A DNA stretch of 64,000 nt from Silvibacterium sp. (GTDB lineage: Bacteria > Acidobacteriota > Terriglobia > Terriglobales > Acidobacteriaceae), in NCBI GenBank assembly GCA_049588475.1, contig JBAVYX010000511.1, positions 7,890 through 71,889 of the forward strand. Direction: 5' to 3'. This document shows positions 9,838-18,100 of this stretch, one piece after another. The notes below the pieces were generated by a model. That model was given only the letters and a program-made list of their open reading frames with translations, did no database searches and was not told the DNA's origin. Within the stretch, counting starts at the first letter, position 1, and each line of letters begins with the position of its first letter. Both the position numbers and the translations under genes were made by a program.

Positions 9838-10764
9838 ATGGACGTAACGACAGGTTGTGGAACGGCTTTGGTGACTCCTTTCCGGCAGGATGGGAGTCTG
9901 GATGAACAGGCGCTCTATGCGCTGGCGCAGTGGCAGATCGAGAGCGGAATTGACTGGCTGGTGGCCTGCGGAACGACGGCGGAAACGCCGACCCTGACCG
10001 ACAATGAGTGGCTGCAGGTTCTGCGGATCGTGACCGAAGCTGCGGCTGGGCGGCTTCCGGTGTGGGCAGGCTGCACGCACAACGCGACCCGGCAGGCCGT
10101 CGAGCGCGCGAAGCTTGCCGCGCGTGTGCCAGGGGTGACGGCAATCCTTTCTGCCAGCCCCTACTACAACAAGCCAACCCAGGAAGGCCAGTTTGAGCAC
10201 TTCAAGGCAGTAGCCCGGTCGGTGGACCTTCCCGTGGTGCTCTATAACATCCCTGCGCGCACTGGCGTCAATCTGGAACCGGCGACGGTATTGCGGCTGG
10301 CGGAGTCGGCGGAGAACATTTGCGGCATTAAGGAATCGAGCAGCAATCTGGCGCAGATTACCGAGCTGATCACCCAGGCTCCGCGCGATTTCGGGGTGTA
10401 CGCGGGCGATGACAACATGGCGCTGGGAGTGCTCGGAGTGGGCGGAGCGGGGCTGGTCTCTGTCGCGTCGAATGAGATTCCCGGCGAGATGGCACAGATG
10501 GTGCATGCGGCGCTCGAGAACGAATGGTCTACGGCGCGGAGACTGAACCGCAAATACTATCGGCTGATGCTGGCCAACTTCTGGGAAACGAGCCCCGGCC
10601 CAGTAAAGACTGTGCTGGCCATGATGGGCAAGATCGGCGAGAACTACCGGTTGCCGATGCTTCCCGTTTCTTCGGGCACACGCGTGCGGCTTGAGCGGCT
10701 GGCGGGCGAACTGGGATTGCTGGTGCACGGTCCGCAGCCGGAAGGCGACTTGCGGATGTATTGA
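9838..10764 (+). CDS. dapA: 4-hydroxy-tetrahydrodipicolinate synthase
   Basis: TALVTPF, CGTTAETPTLT, YYNKPTQEG and LYNIPARTG motifs. GTG at 9835 is an alternative start. Confidence 0.9.
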   Translation: MDVTTGCGTALVTPFRQDGSLDEQALYALAQWQIESGIDWLVACGTTAETPTLTDNEWLQVLRIVTEAAAGRLPVWAGCTHNATRQAVERAKLAARVPGVTAILSASPYYNKPTQEGQFEHFKAVARSVDLPVVLYNIPARTGVNLEPATVLRLAESAENICGIKESSSNLAQITELITQAPRDFGVYAGDDNMALGVLGVGGAGLVSVASNEIPGEMAQMVHAALENEWSTARRLNRKYYRLMLANFWETSPGPVKTVLAMMGKIGENYRLPMLPVSSGTRVRLERLAGELGLLVHGPQPEGDLRMY

Positions 10765-10822
10765 GGTATTTTTCCGCACGGCCCGAAGCGGCTTCCCGAC
10801 GAAAAAACGATAGACTCTGCCT

Positions 10823-11668
10823 GTGAGCTTAGAAAATCTCCAAACAAGCATTGAGAAATATTTCACCACCGGGACCGCCGCCGTCGACGATCCGGCAGCC
10901 ATGACTGCCTTTCAAGAACTCCGCGCTGCCTTGGAATGGGGCGAGATTCGCGCGGCGGAGCCGGATGCGGAATCGGTCACAGGCTGGCGGGTGAATGCCT
11001 GGGTGAAGCAGGGCATTCTGCTGGGCTTTCGATTGGGGCACCTGGTCCCTTCCGGAGACGGTTTACCCTGCATCGACAAGCACACCTTTCCTGTCCGGAG
11101 ATTTTCCCCGGAACACGGCATCCGCATCGTAACCGGCGGATCAGCAATTCGTGCTGGTGCATATCTTGCCAAGGGAGTCATCTGTGCTCCGCCAATGTAT
11201 ATCAACACCGGGGCATATGTGGACGAAGGCACGATGATTGATTCGCACGCGCTGGTGGGCAGTTGCGCACAGATCGGGAAGCATGTTCACCTGAGCGCGG
11301 CGTCACAGGTCGGTGGCGTGCTCGAACCCGTAAATGCCAGCCCGGTGATCCTCGAAGACGACGTCCTCGTTGGCGGGAACTGTGGCATATACGAGGGGAC
11401 CATCGTCCGCAAACGAGCCGTACTGGCAGCTGGTACGGTGCTGACGCGGGGCACTCCGGTCTATGACGTGGTTCGCGGCGAGGTGCTGCGTGCGGACGAT
11501 GCAAAGCCGCTGATCATTCCCGAGGGCGCGGTCGTGGTACCGGGCGCGCGGTCGGTAAACAAAGGAAAAGGTCAGGAATGGGGCCTGAGCGTGTATACAC
11601 CGGTGATCGTGAAGTATCGCGACGACAAGACCGAACTGAGCCTTGCCCTGGAGGATCTGCTGCGATAG
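10823..11668 (+). CDS. dapD: 2,3,4,5-tetrahydropyridine-2,6-dicarboxylate N-succinyltransferase
   Basis: [43 protein letters not shown] closely parallels E. coli DapD [43 protein letters not shown] (recalled from memory). GTG start. Confidence 0.85.
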   Translation: [281 protein letters not shown]

Positions 11669-11725
11669 AAGCCGACCCTGTTGGCTTAGGGATGTTGTGC
11701 TGTACCTGTTAACATCGTAGTTTCC

Positions 11726-13387
11726 ATGGCAGAAGCTAAGTTAAAAATCATACCCCTGGGCGGGCTGGGCGAATTTGGCATGAACTGCCTCGCCATGCGC
11801 TGGCAGGACGACATTATCGTCATCGACGCAGGACTGATGTTCCCGGAATCCGAGCTGCTCGGCGTGGACATCGTCGTTCCGGATATCACCTACCTCATCG
11901 AGAACAAGCAGTGCGTGCGCGGCATCATTCTGACACACGGACATGAGGACCACATTGGCGGATTGCCGTGGATTCTCTCCGAGCTAAATGTGCCAGTATA
12001 TGGCACGGAGTTCACCCTGGCTTACGTCGAGGGCAAGCTTGAAGAGCACAAGCTGCTCGACCAGACGGAGCTGATCGAAATTGCCCCGGGCGCAAAGTTC
12101 TCGCTTGGCCCGTTCACCATTGAGCCGATTCGAGTGACACATAGCCTGGTGGATTGCGTAGCGCTGGCGATCGACACGCCGGTGGGCGTGATTGTCCACA
12201 CCGGCGACTTCAAGATCGACCTCTCGCCGCCGGATGGCAAGGCTTTCGACCTGCACACCTTTGCCGAATACGGCAAGCACGGCGTGCTGGCTCTGCTACA
12301 GGATTCAACCAATGTCGATCGGCCCGGCTATACGCCGAGCGAGTGGGCAGTGAAGCCGCGGCTGGATGAAATTTTTTCGCGTACGAAGAAAAAGCTCTTT
12401 TTCAGCTGCTTCTCGTCGTCCATTTACCGTATCCGGATCGCACTGGACCTGGCACACACGCATGGACGCAAGGTCGCGATCGTCGGCCGGTCGATGGTGG
12501 AGTCCTCAGAGATCGCGCAGGATCTGGGCTATCTGGACCTGCCGCCGGGGCTGGTGATTCATCCCGGTCAGATCAATGATCACGCGCCGGAAGACCTGAT
12601 GATCCTGATCAGCGGGACGCAGGGGGAGCCGATGAGCGCCCTGAGCCGGGCGGCGGTAGATAACCACAAGCATGCGCGCGTTCTCCCCGGCGACACGGTG
12701 GTGCTGAGCTCACGTGTGATTCCGGGAAACGAGAAGAGCATCTATCGGGTGATCGATCACCTTTGCCGCCGCGATGCCAACGTGATTTTCGACGATGGCT
12801 CCTCGGGGCTGATCCATGTGAGCGGCCATGCCAGCCAGGAAGAGCAGCGGCTGCTGATCAATCTGCTCAAACCAAAGTTCTTTATCCCCGTCCACGGCGA
12901 CTACCGACACCTGAAGAAACATGTTGATCTGGCCCACGGGACAGGTGTCGTCGATCTGGCGCTGATTATCGAGGACGGCGACGTGCTCGAGCTGGACCGC
13001 AGTAACGCGCGCAAGAACGGCAGGGTGACGGCGGGACGAGTGTGCATTGATTCGGGCTCGACAGTGGACGTGGTGGAAGACCTGGTAATCCGCGACCGGC
13101 GTCATCTGTCCGAGGACGGAATTGTGCTGGCGATCCTGACTATCAACAAGCTGAGCGGCAAGGTCGAACGTCAGCCGGAGCTGGTAACACGTGGATTTGT
13201 GGGTGCGGACGCCGAGTTACTCGAGGAAGGCCGGCAAGTGGTAGCCCAGACGCTTGAAAACTCTAGTGCTGAAGAGAAGGCCGACTACGGCGTGATCAAA
13301 GAGAAAATCCGCATCGACCTGAAACGGTATATTCAGAAAAACACGAGCCGCAGACCGCTGATTATGCCGGTCATCCTGGAGATTTAG
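11726..13387 (+). CDS. rnj: Ribonuclease J
   Basis: KIIPLGGLGEFGMNC..., the metallo-beta-lactamase HGHEDHIGGLPW motif, and a beta-CASP-like remainder. 553 aa. Confidence 0.9.
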   Translation: MAEAKLKIIPLGGLGEFGMNCLAMRWQDDIIVIDAGLMFPESELLGVDIVVPDITYLIENKQCVRGIILTHGHEDHIGGLPWILSELNVPVYGTEFTLAYVEGKLEEHKLLDQTELIEIAPGAKFSLGPFTIEPIRVTHSLVDCVALAIDTPVGVIVHTGDFKIDLSPPDGKAFDLHTFAEYGKHGVLALLQDSTNVDRPGYTPSEWAVKPRLDEIFSRTKKKLFFSCFSSSIYRIRIALDLAHTHGRKVAIVGRSMVESSEIAQDLGYLDLPPGLVIHPGQINDHAPEDLMILISGTQGEPMSALSRAAVDNHKHARVLPGDTVVLSSRVIPGNEKSIYRVIDHLCRRDANVIFDDGSSGLIHVSGHASQEEQRLLINLLKPKFFIPVHGDYRHLKKHVDLAHGTGVVDLALIIEDGDVLELDRSNARKNGRVTAGRVCIDSGSTVDVVEDLVIRDRRHLSEDGIVLAILTINKLSGKVERQPELVTRGFVGADAELLEEGRQVVAQTLENSSAEEKADYGVIKEKIRIDLKRYIQKNTSRRPLIMPVILEI

Positions 13388-13409
13388 AACTACCTTTTTG
13401 GAGGCATTC

Positions 13410-13916
13410 ATGCGCAAGCTTCTATTGGCTGGGGCAGCTCTCGTCGCCGCAGTCGCGACATCCACGCACGCCCAAACCGCTCCTTCTTGCCCCTCCACGG
13501 CCACCCTCAGTGATCTGATCAAAGCCGTCGACGACGCGGTCAGCGGTCCGGGCAATAAGGATCGGACATGTCTGCGGCAAGTTCTCACGCCGGACGCCCG
13601 TCTTATCCCCGTCTCCAAGAGAAAAGACGGCCAGTGGGCGGCCTCAAGTCCTCACCGATGACTGGATAACGCGGGTCGCAAAACGCGGCAACGATGCTTT
13701 CTATGAGCACCAGGTTAAATACTCTGTCGATCACACGGCCACATCGCCCATCTGTGGAACACCTCCGAAATTCGCGAAACACCCGACGGAAAAGCGACGG
13801 CGCGTGGCATTAACAGTATGCAAGCCGTATTCGACGGCTCGCAATGGAAGCTTGTCGAGATTTTGTGGCAAGCAGAGACGCCTGAAGAAACCATCCCATC
13901 GAAATACCTACCTTGA
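13410..13916 (+). pseudogene. Secreted NTF2/SnoaL-like protein gene interrupted by two 1-nt frame changes
   Basis: ATG 13410 lies 5 nt after GGAGG and opens with the signal peptide MRKLLLAGAALVAAVATSTHAQ. The frame stops at 13659. The sequence continues convincingly in the +1 frame (PQVLTDDWITRVAKRGNDAFYEHQVKYSVDHT, 13642-13733) and then back in the original frame (HGHIAHLWNTSEIRETPDGKATARGINSMQAVFDGSQWKLVEILWQAETPEETIPSKYLP*, ending 13916). Confidence 0.5.
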
Positions 13917-13919
13917 GAC

Positions 13920-14894
13920 ATGAGTAGCACGGAACTCCTTACCCTCGACGCATTTCGCGACGCGCGACAACGCATCCGCGGCGTGGCCGTGCATACGCCG
14001 CTCGTCCATTTTCCGATTCCCGGCGCGGCGGGCGAGGTTTACGTAAAGGCCGAAGGATTACAGCCAATTGGAAGCTTCAAGCTGCGCGGAGCATACAACA
14101 AGATTGCTCAACTGACGAACGCTGAGCGCACCCGGGGTGTGATTACTTACTCAAGCGGCAATCATGCTCAGGGTGTGGCGTACGCGGCAAGAGCTGTGGG
14201 AGCGAAGGCGGTAATTGTGATGCCGTCAAACGCTCCCGATGTGAAACGCCAGGCCACTGTCGCCCTGGGCGCGGAGATCGTGACGGTAGGGCCGTCGAGT
14301 TCGGAGCGGAAGAAAAAAGCTGAGGAGCTTGAGGCCCAGTTCGGGTATGTGATGATTCCGCCCTATGACGATCCGGCGATCATCGCCGGCCAAGGCACCT
14401 GCGGGCTGGAGATCCTTGAAGACCTGCCGCAGGTCGATCTGGTACTGAGTCCAGTCAGCGGAGGCGGCCTGCTCAGTGGCGTCGCTGCGGCGATCAAACA
14501 TCAAAAGCCGGAAGTGCGCGTGATCGGCATTGAGCCCGAGCTGGCGGCCGATGCGCAGGAGAGCTTTCGCGGCGGCAGGCTGGTGAGCTGGCCGGCGGAA
14601 ATGACTACGCGAACCATTGCCGACGGGCTGCGGACACAGAGCCTCGGCGAGCTTAATTTTCTGCATGTGCGGGCGTTTGTGGATGACATCCTCACAGTCT
14701 CCGAGGATGAAATTCGCAAGGCGATGCGAACCTTGCTCTACTCGGCGCGGCTCACTCCCGAACCAAGCGGCGCGGTAACGACAGCGGCCATGCTCTTTCA
14801 CAAAGCCGAGTTGCTACCCTATCGCAAGGCCGTCGTGGTGATGAGCGGCGGCAATGTAGAGCCGGAAGTGTTGCAGCGCATTTTGCACATCTAA
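13920..14894 (+). CDS. PLP-dependent threonine/serine dehydratase (short form, no ACT domain)
   Basis: The SFKLRGA motif carries the PLP lysine. SSGNHAQGVAYAA and a glycine-rich loop (SGGGLLSG) are present. 324 aa. Confidence 0.8.
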   Translation: MSSTELLTLDAFRDARQRIRGVAVHTPLVHFPIPGAAGEVYVKAEGLQPIGSFKLRGAYNKIAQLTNAERTRGVITYSSGNHAQGVAYAARAVGAKAVIVMPSNAPDVKRQATVALGAEIVTVGPSSSERKKKAEELEAQFGYVMIPPYDDPAIIAGQGTCGLEILEDLPQVDLVLSPVSGGGLLSGVAAAIKHQKPEVRVIGIEPELAADAQESFRGGRLVSWPAEMTTRTIADGLRTQSLGELNFLHVRAFVDDILTVSEDEIRKAMRTLLYSARLTPEPSGAVTTAAMLFHKAELLPYRKAVVVMSGGNVEPEVLQRILHI

Positions 14895-14902
14895 CCCGAC
14901 GC

Positions 14903-15844
14903 CTATAGTTGCAACTCCCAGGTTTGCCCAATTAAGTCAGCGCCAAAGCTGTGATGCGGCTCTTCGTGAACGAGCCGAAAACCGGCCTGCTGATAGATGT
15001 GATGAGCTGCTTTGAGAATGCTTTGCGTCCAAAGGGTAACCTTCTTGTACCCTGCGGTTCGCGCAAACCCTATGCATTCCCCAACCAGGGCCTTGCCCAG
15101 GCCCACACCACGTGCGCTATGCTCCACGTGAAGCAGACGCAGCCTGGCGATTTCAACCAGTTCGGAATGATGAACTAGAAAGATGCAGCCGAGCGCCACT
15201 CCACCGCGCTCCGCAACCCAGCATCGGTCACGTTTGGCGTCAAAGTGCTCCACAAAATCAGCGACAACTCGCGCCACAAGAGCCTCGAAGCTCTCATCCC
15301 ACCCGTATTCTCGGGCATACAAAACGCCCTGCCGATATACCACCCAGCCCATGTCTCCCGGACGATGGTTCCGAAGAATATAGGGGGCTTGCTCTGGCGC
15401 ACGATTCAGCGTGTCCTCAACGATCCGCATGGCAGTGAGCAAGTTCGGCAATTTGGAGGCGGGGACGCCTTCAAGAAGGCTCCGCGCCTGCCGGTTGGAG
15501 CGCTCATTCAAACCCGCAAAGCTCTCTTTGCCACGGCGAGTGACGGTGAGGATTGCCTGGCGCGCATCGCCGGTAGAGACTTTGCGCTTGACCAAGCCGT
15601 CATCTTCAAATTTTCTTAGAATGCGGCTCAGGTAACCTGGATCGAGCACAAGTTCTCTCGCAATTTCACCCGCCGTGGTTTCTCCCTGTGTGGCCAGTTC
15701 GTAGAGCACCCGGGCTTCAGTCAAGGTATACTCGCTGTCCAGCAGGCCTTCCTGCAGCGTTCCGATTTCACGGGTATAGAACCGGTTGAAACTTCGAAAG
15801 GCAGTGATCTGGAGGTCGGTGATCTCAGAGCCACTAGCGGGCAT
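14903..15844 (-). CDS. MarR-type HTH / GNAT N-acetyltransferase fusion protein
   Basis: The N-terminus has a winged-helix MarR pattern (LTEARVLYELA...GEIARELVLDPGYLSRILRKFEDDGLVKR...GDARQAILTVTRRGKE). The C-terminus has a GNAT pattern (RLRLLHVEHSARGVGLGKALV...GYKKVTLWT). Confidence 0.8.
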   Translation of the reverse strand: MPASGSEITDLQITAFRSFNRFYTREIGTLQEGLLDSEYTLTEARVLYELATQGETTAGEIARELVLDPGYLSRILRKFEDDGLVKRKVSTGDARQAILTVTRRGKESFAGLNERSNRQARSLLEGVPASKLPNLLTAMRIVEDTLNRAPEQAPYILRNHRPGDMGWVVYRQGVLYAREYGWDESFEALVARVVADFVEHFDAKRDRCWVAERGGVALGCIFLVHHSELVEIARLRLLHVEHSARGVGLGKALVGECIGFARTAGYKKVTLWTQSILKAAHHIYQQAGFRLVHEEPHHSFGADLIGQTWELQL

Positions 15845-15855
15845 GTGATACTTTC

Positions 15856-15881
15856 GTCAAGCAATATATTTGACTCAGTCA
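15856..15881. promoter_or_regulatory. Inverted repeats GTCAA-N8-TTGAC-N3-GTCAA upstream of the MarR-GNAT gene (candidate operator)
   Basis: GTCAA (15856-60), TTGAC (15869-73) and GTCAA (15877-81) begin 12 nt upstream of the minus-strand start codon at 15844. Confidence 0.35.
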
Positions 15882-15993
15882 ATCAATCTGTACGCCTCTT
15901 TTCAAGAGACGTCAAGGATGTCTGCCTTCACTTCGGCAAGGTATGCTAGGCGTGACGAGACGTTCGCTACTCAAACGCCGTCTTACCATCGTG

Positions 15994-16998
15994 ATGCGAA
16001 ACCGAATCCCTATCTTTTTATTGCTTGCTTGTGCAGCTGCTGGCGCACTGGGCCAGAAAAAAATGCCCCAGGAACAAATGCCGAAGAATGGCACCAAGGC
16101 AACGCTGGTACGTCGAGCGAATCTTTATGTGCAACCGGATGAAAGCGCGGACCAGGTGGCGATCGTGACGCCCGGCCGGGAGATGGTGATCGTCGAGCAC
16201 AGCGGGCACTGGCTGCGGGTTTTCGCCAATGTCGATGCACCGGAGTCGCGCAAAGCCGATGAGCCGGTCATGGAGCAGGGCCAGGAGGTTATTCCGATCT
16301 CGGGCTGGATGCTCGACAAAGGAATCGTCGACACCAATACACCTCACGGTGATGCAATCCTGTTCGGCGAAGCAATCAGCGCCGAGGAAGCAGCTTCGGA
16401 GGCGCATCCTCCTCCAGGGGCCGCTTTAGAGGCACGGCTCCTCTATCGCCGTGTGGTGGAGATGTTTCCGCAATCCCCCTCGATCGGGGAGTCGATGTGG
16501 AGGGCGGCAGATATTCGCTGGCAATTGCAGAAGGCTGACGCCGCCGGCCTGCCATCGGCTCATGAAAAGGAAAACTACCTTCGCGAGCAGATGGATGAAG
16601 ACGAGATGAAGAAGATCGAGAAGTATTTTCCTCATACAAAATGGGCCGACTTTGCCGCGTATGACAGGATCGAGAATAAGCTGTGCGGCGACTGGCAGGG
16701 CTCTGAAAAATGCCCCGAGAAAGAGGCCGAGATGTACGTGAAGTATGTCCAGGAGCATCCAGATTCGCCCCGTGCGGCCGAAGCGTTGTACAAAGCAGCC
16801 TGGCGTATGGCCGCGGCGGGGGATATGTGGACCGCGGACAATGACGCCCATCGCGCTCAGGACGACCGAGCCCATGCCAACGATATTGCTGGACAGCTAC
16901 AGGGGAAGTATTCGCAATCGGAATATTCGGCCCGCGCGGCCAGTCTGATATACAAAGTGCAGCAGGGTATTCCAATCTACGGCAGCGACCGAGAATAG
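15994..16998 (+). CDS. Secreted SH3-domain / TPR-like repeat protein (function unknown)
   Basis: ATG 15994 gives the signal peptide MRNRIPIFLLLACAAAGALGQ. ATLVRRANLYVQPDESADQVAIVTPGREMVIVEHSGHWLRVFA resembles bacterial SH3. The C-terminal half is helical with YbgF/BamD-like repeats (...HPDSPRAAEALYKAAW...). Confidence 0.55.
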   Translation: MRNRIPIFLLLACAAAGALGQKKMPQEQMPKNGTKATLVRRANLYVQPDESADQVAIVTPGREMVIVEHSGHWLRVFANVDAPESRKADEPVMEQGQEVIPISGWMLDKGIVDTNTPHGDAILFGEAISAEEAASEAHPPPGAALEARLLYRRVVEMFPQSPSIGESMWRAADIRWQLQKADAAGLPSAHEKENYLREQMDEDEMKKIEKYFPHTKWADFAAYDRIENKLCGDWQGSEKCPEKEAEMYVKYVQEHPDSPRAAEALYKAAWRMAAAGDMWTADNDAHRAQDDRAHANDIAGQLQGKYSQSEYSARAASLIYKVQQGIPIYGSDRE

Positions 16999-17025
16999 AG
17001 ACCAGGGACTCGCTCGTTCGGGCAA

Positions 17026-17967
17026 ATGTGCTTCCGGCTAGGGATATCCCTGCAATTCAGGGCGCCAGTAAGGGCCGGAGGCCTTTTGAACGACTACATT
17101 GTTTCTGTACTGCTTGGGATCGTCGAAGGATTGACGGAGTTCTTGCCTGTAAGCTCAACGGCGCACCTACGCATCGCCGAGGCGCTGCTGCACATCGACC
17201 TGACGGATGCGTTTTGGAAGATGTATACCGTCGTTATCCAGCTCGGCGCGATTCTGGCGCTGTTGCTGGTCTTTGCCGCCAGGATTATCCAGTTTTTTCG
17301 CACCTTCCCGGAAGGCGAGCAAGGCGATCGCACTGTCTGGACGCATCCGATTTCACTGACCATGGTGGCCTTCGTGGTCACAGCAATTCCTTCCCTCTTA
17401 CTGACAAAGTTGATCAGCAAGCATCTGGAGAGCTTGCGCGTAATGGCGCTCGCGCTGCTGATTGGTGGCGTGGTCATGTGGGTGGTGGATGCGTGGAGCG
17501 AACGCCGGGAGCCGAGCACGACGGACGTCGAGCAGATGTCGCTCGGGCAGGCAGTCTGGATCGGCCTTTGCCAGATTCTTTCCGCGGTATTTCCGGGAAC
17601 TTCGCGATCCATGTCCACCATCACCGCCGGGCAGCTAGCTGGAATGTCGCGGCCGGCCGCGCTGGAATTTAGTTTCTTGGTCTCTATTCCCGTCATGGTG
17701 GCGGGGACGGGCTACGAATTGCTGAAGACACTGCACCCAGGTCATCATCACGCGGCCGAGGCTGAAGCTATTACGCCGCTGGTCATGTCTGCTCATAACT
17801 GGATCGTACTTCTCATCGGCTTGGTGGTGTCCTTTGTGGTGGCACTAGGTGTCGTGGAGTGGTTCCTGCAGTGGGTGCGTAACCATGGCTTTACGCCGTT
17901 TGCTGTTTACCGCATTATTCTCGGCACTCTGCTGCTGGTTTATGGGCCAAAGCTGGCAGGTGGATAG
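17026..17967 (+). CDS. uppP: Undecaprenyl-diphosphate phosphatase
   Basis: The LLGIVEGLTEFLPVSSTAHL signature is present. The start is possibly TTG at 17086 (GGAGG at 17077-81), which gives an N-terminus of the usual length. Confidence 0.9.
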   Translation: MCFRLGISLQFRAPVRAGGLLNDYIVSVLLGIVEGLTEFLPVSSTAHLRIAEALLHIDLTDAFWKMYTVVIQLGAILALLLVFAARIIQFFRTFPEGEQGDRTVWTHPISLTMVAFVVTAIPSLLLTKLISKHLESLRVMALALLIGGVVMWVVDAWSERREPSTTDVEQMSLGQAVWIGLCQILSAVFPGTSRSMSTITAGQLAGMSRPAALEFSFLVSIPVMVAGTGYELLKTLHPGHHHAAEAEAITPLVMSAHNWIVLLIGLVVSFVVALGVVEWFLQWVRNHGFTPFAVYRIILGTLLLVYGPKLAGG

Positions 17968-18100
17968 GTCGACCGTTGCGAGATCGATTCCCCCACCGCA
18001 TTTTCTCCAAATTTTCGCCTGTCCTCTGGGATAATAAAGTTGCTCTGGGGTTCTTGACTGTGTAAGCCGTCTCGGACGGCGCGCACCGTATTGTGCCCTG

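Noticed and set aside
9772-10902. 376-aa minus-strand ORF covering dapA
   Set aside because: It lies antisense to a gene with unmistakable DapA motifs. Its product is Arg/Pro/His-rich, as is typical of spurious antisense ORFs in GC-rich DNA. The same reasoning applies to 5683..6594, 6841..7614, 33273..34097, 37399..38109, 54561..55508, 60550..61260, 30379..31113 and similar ORFs.
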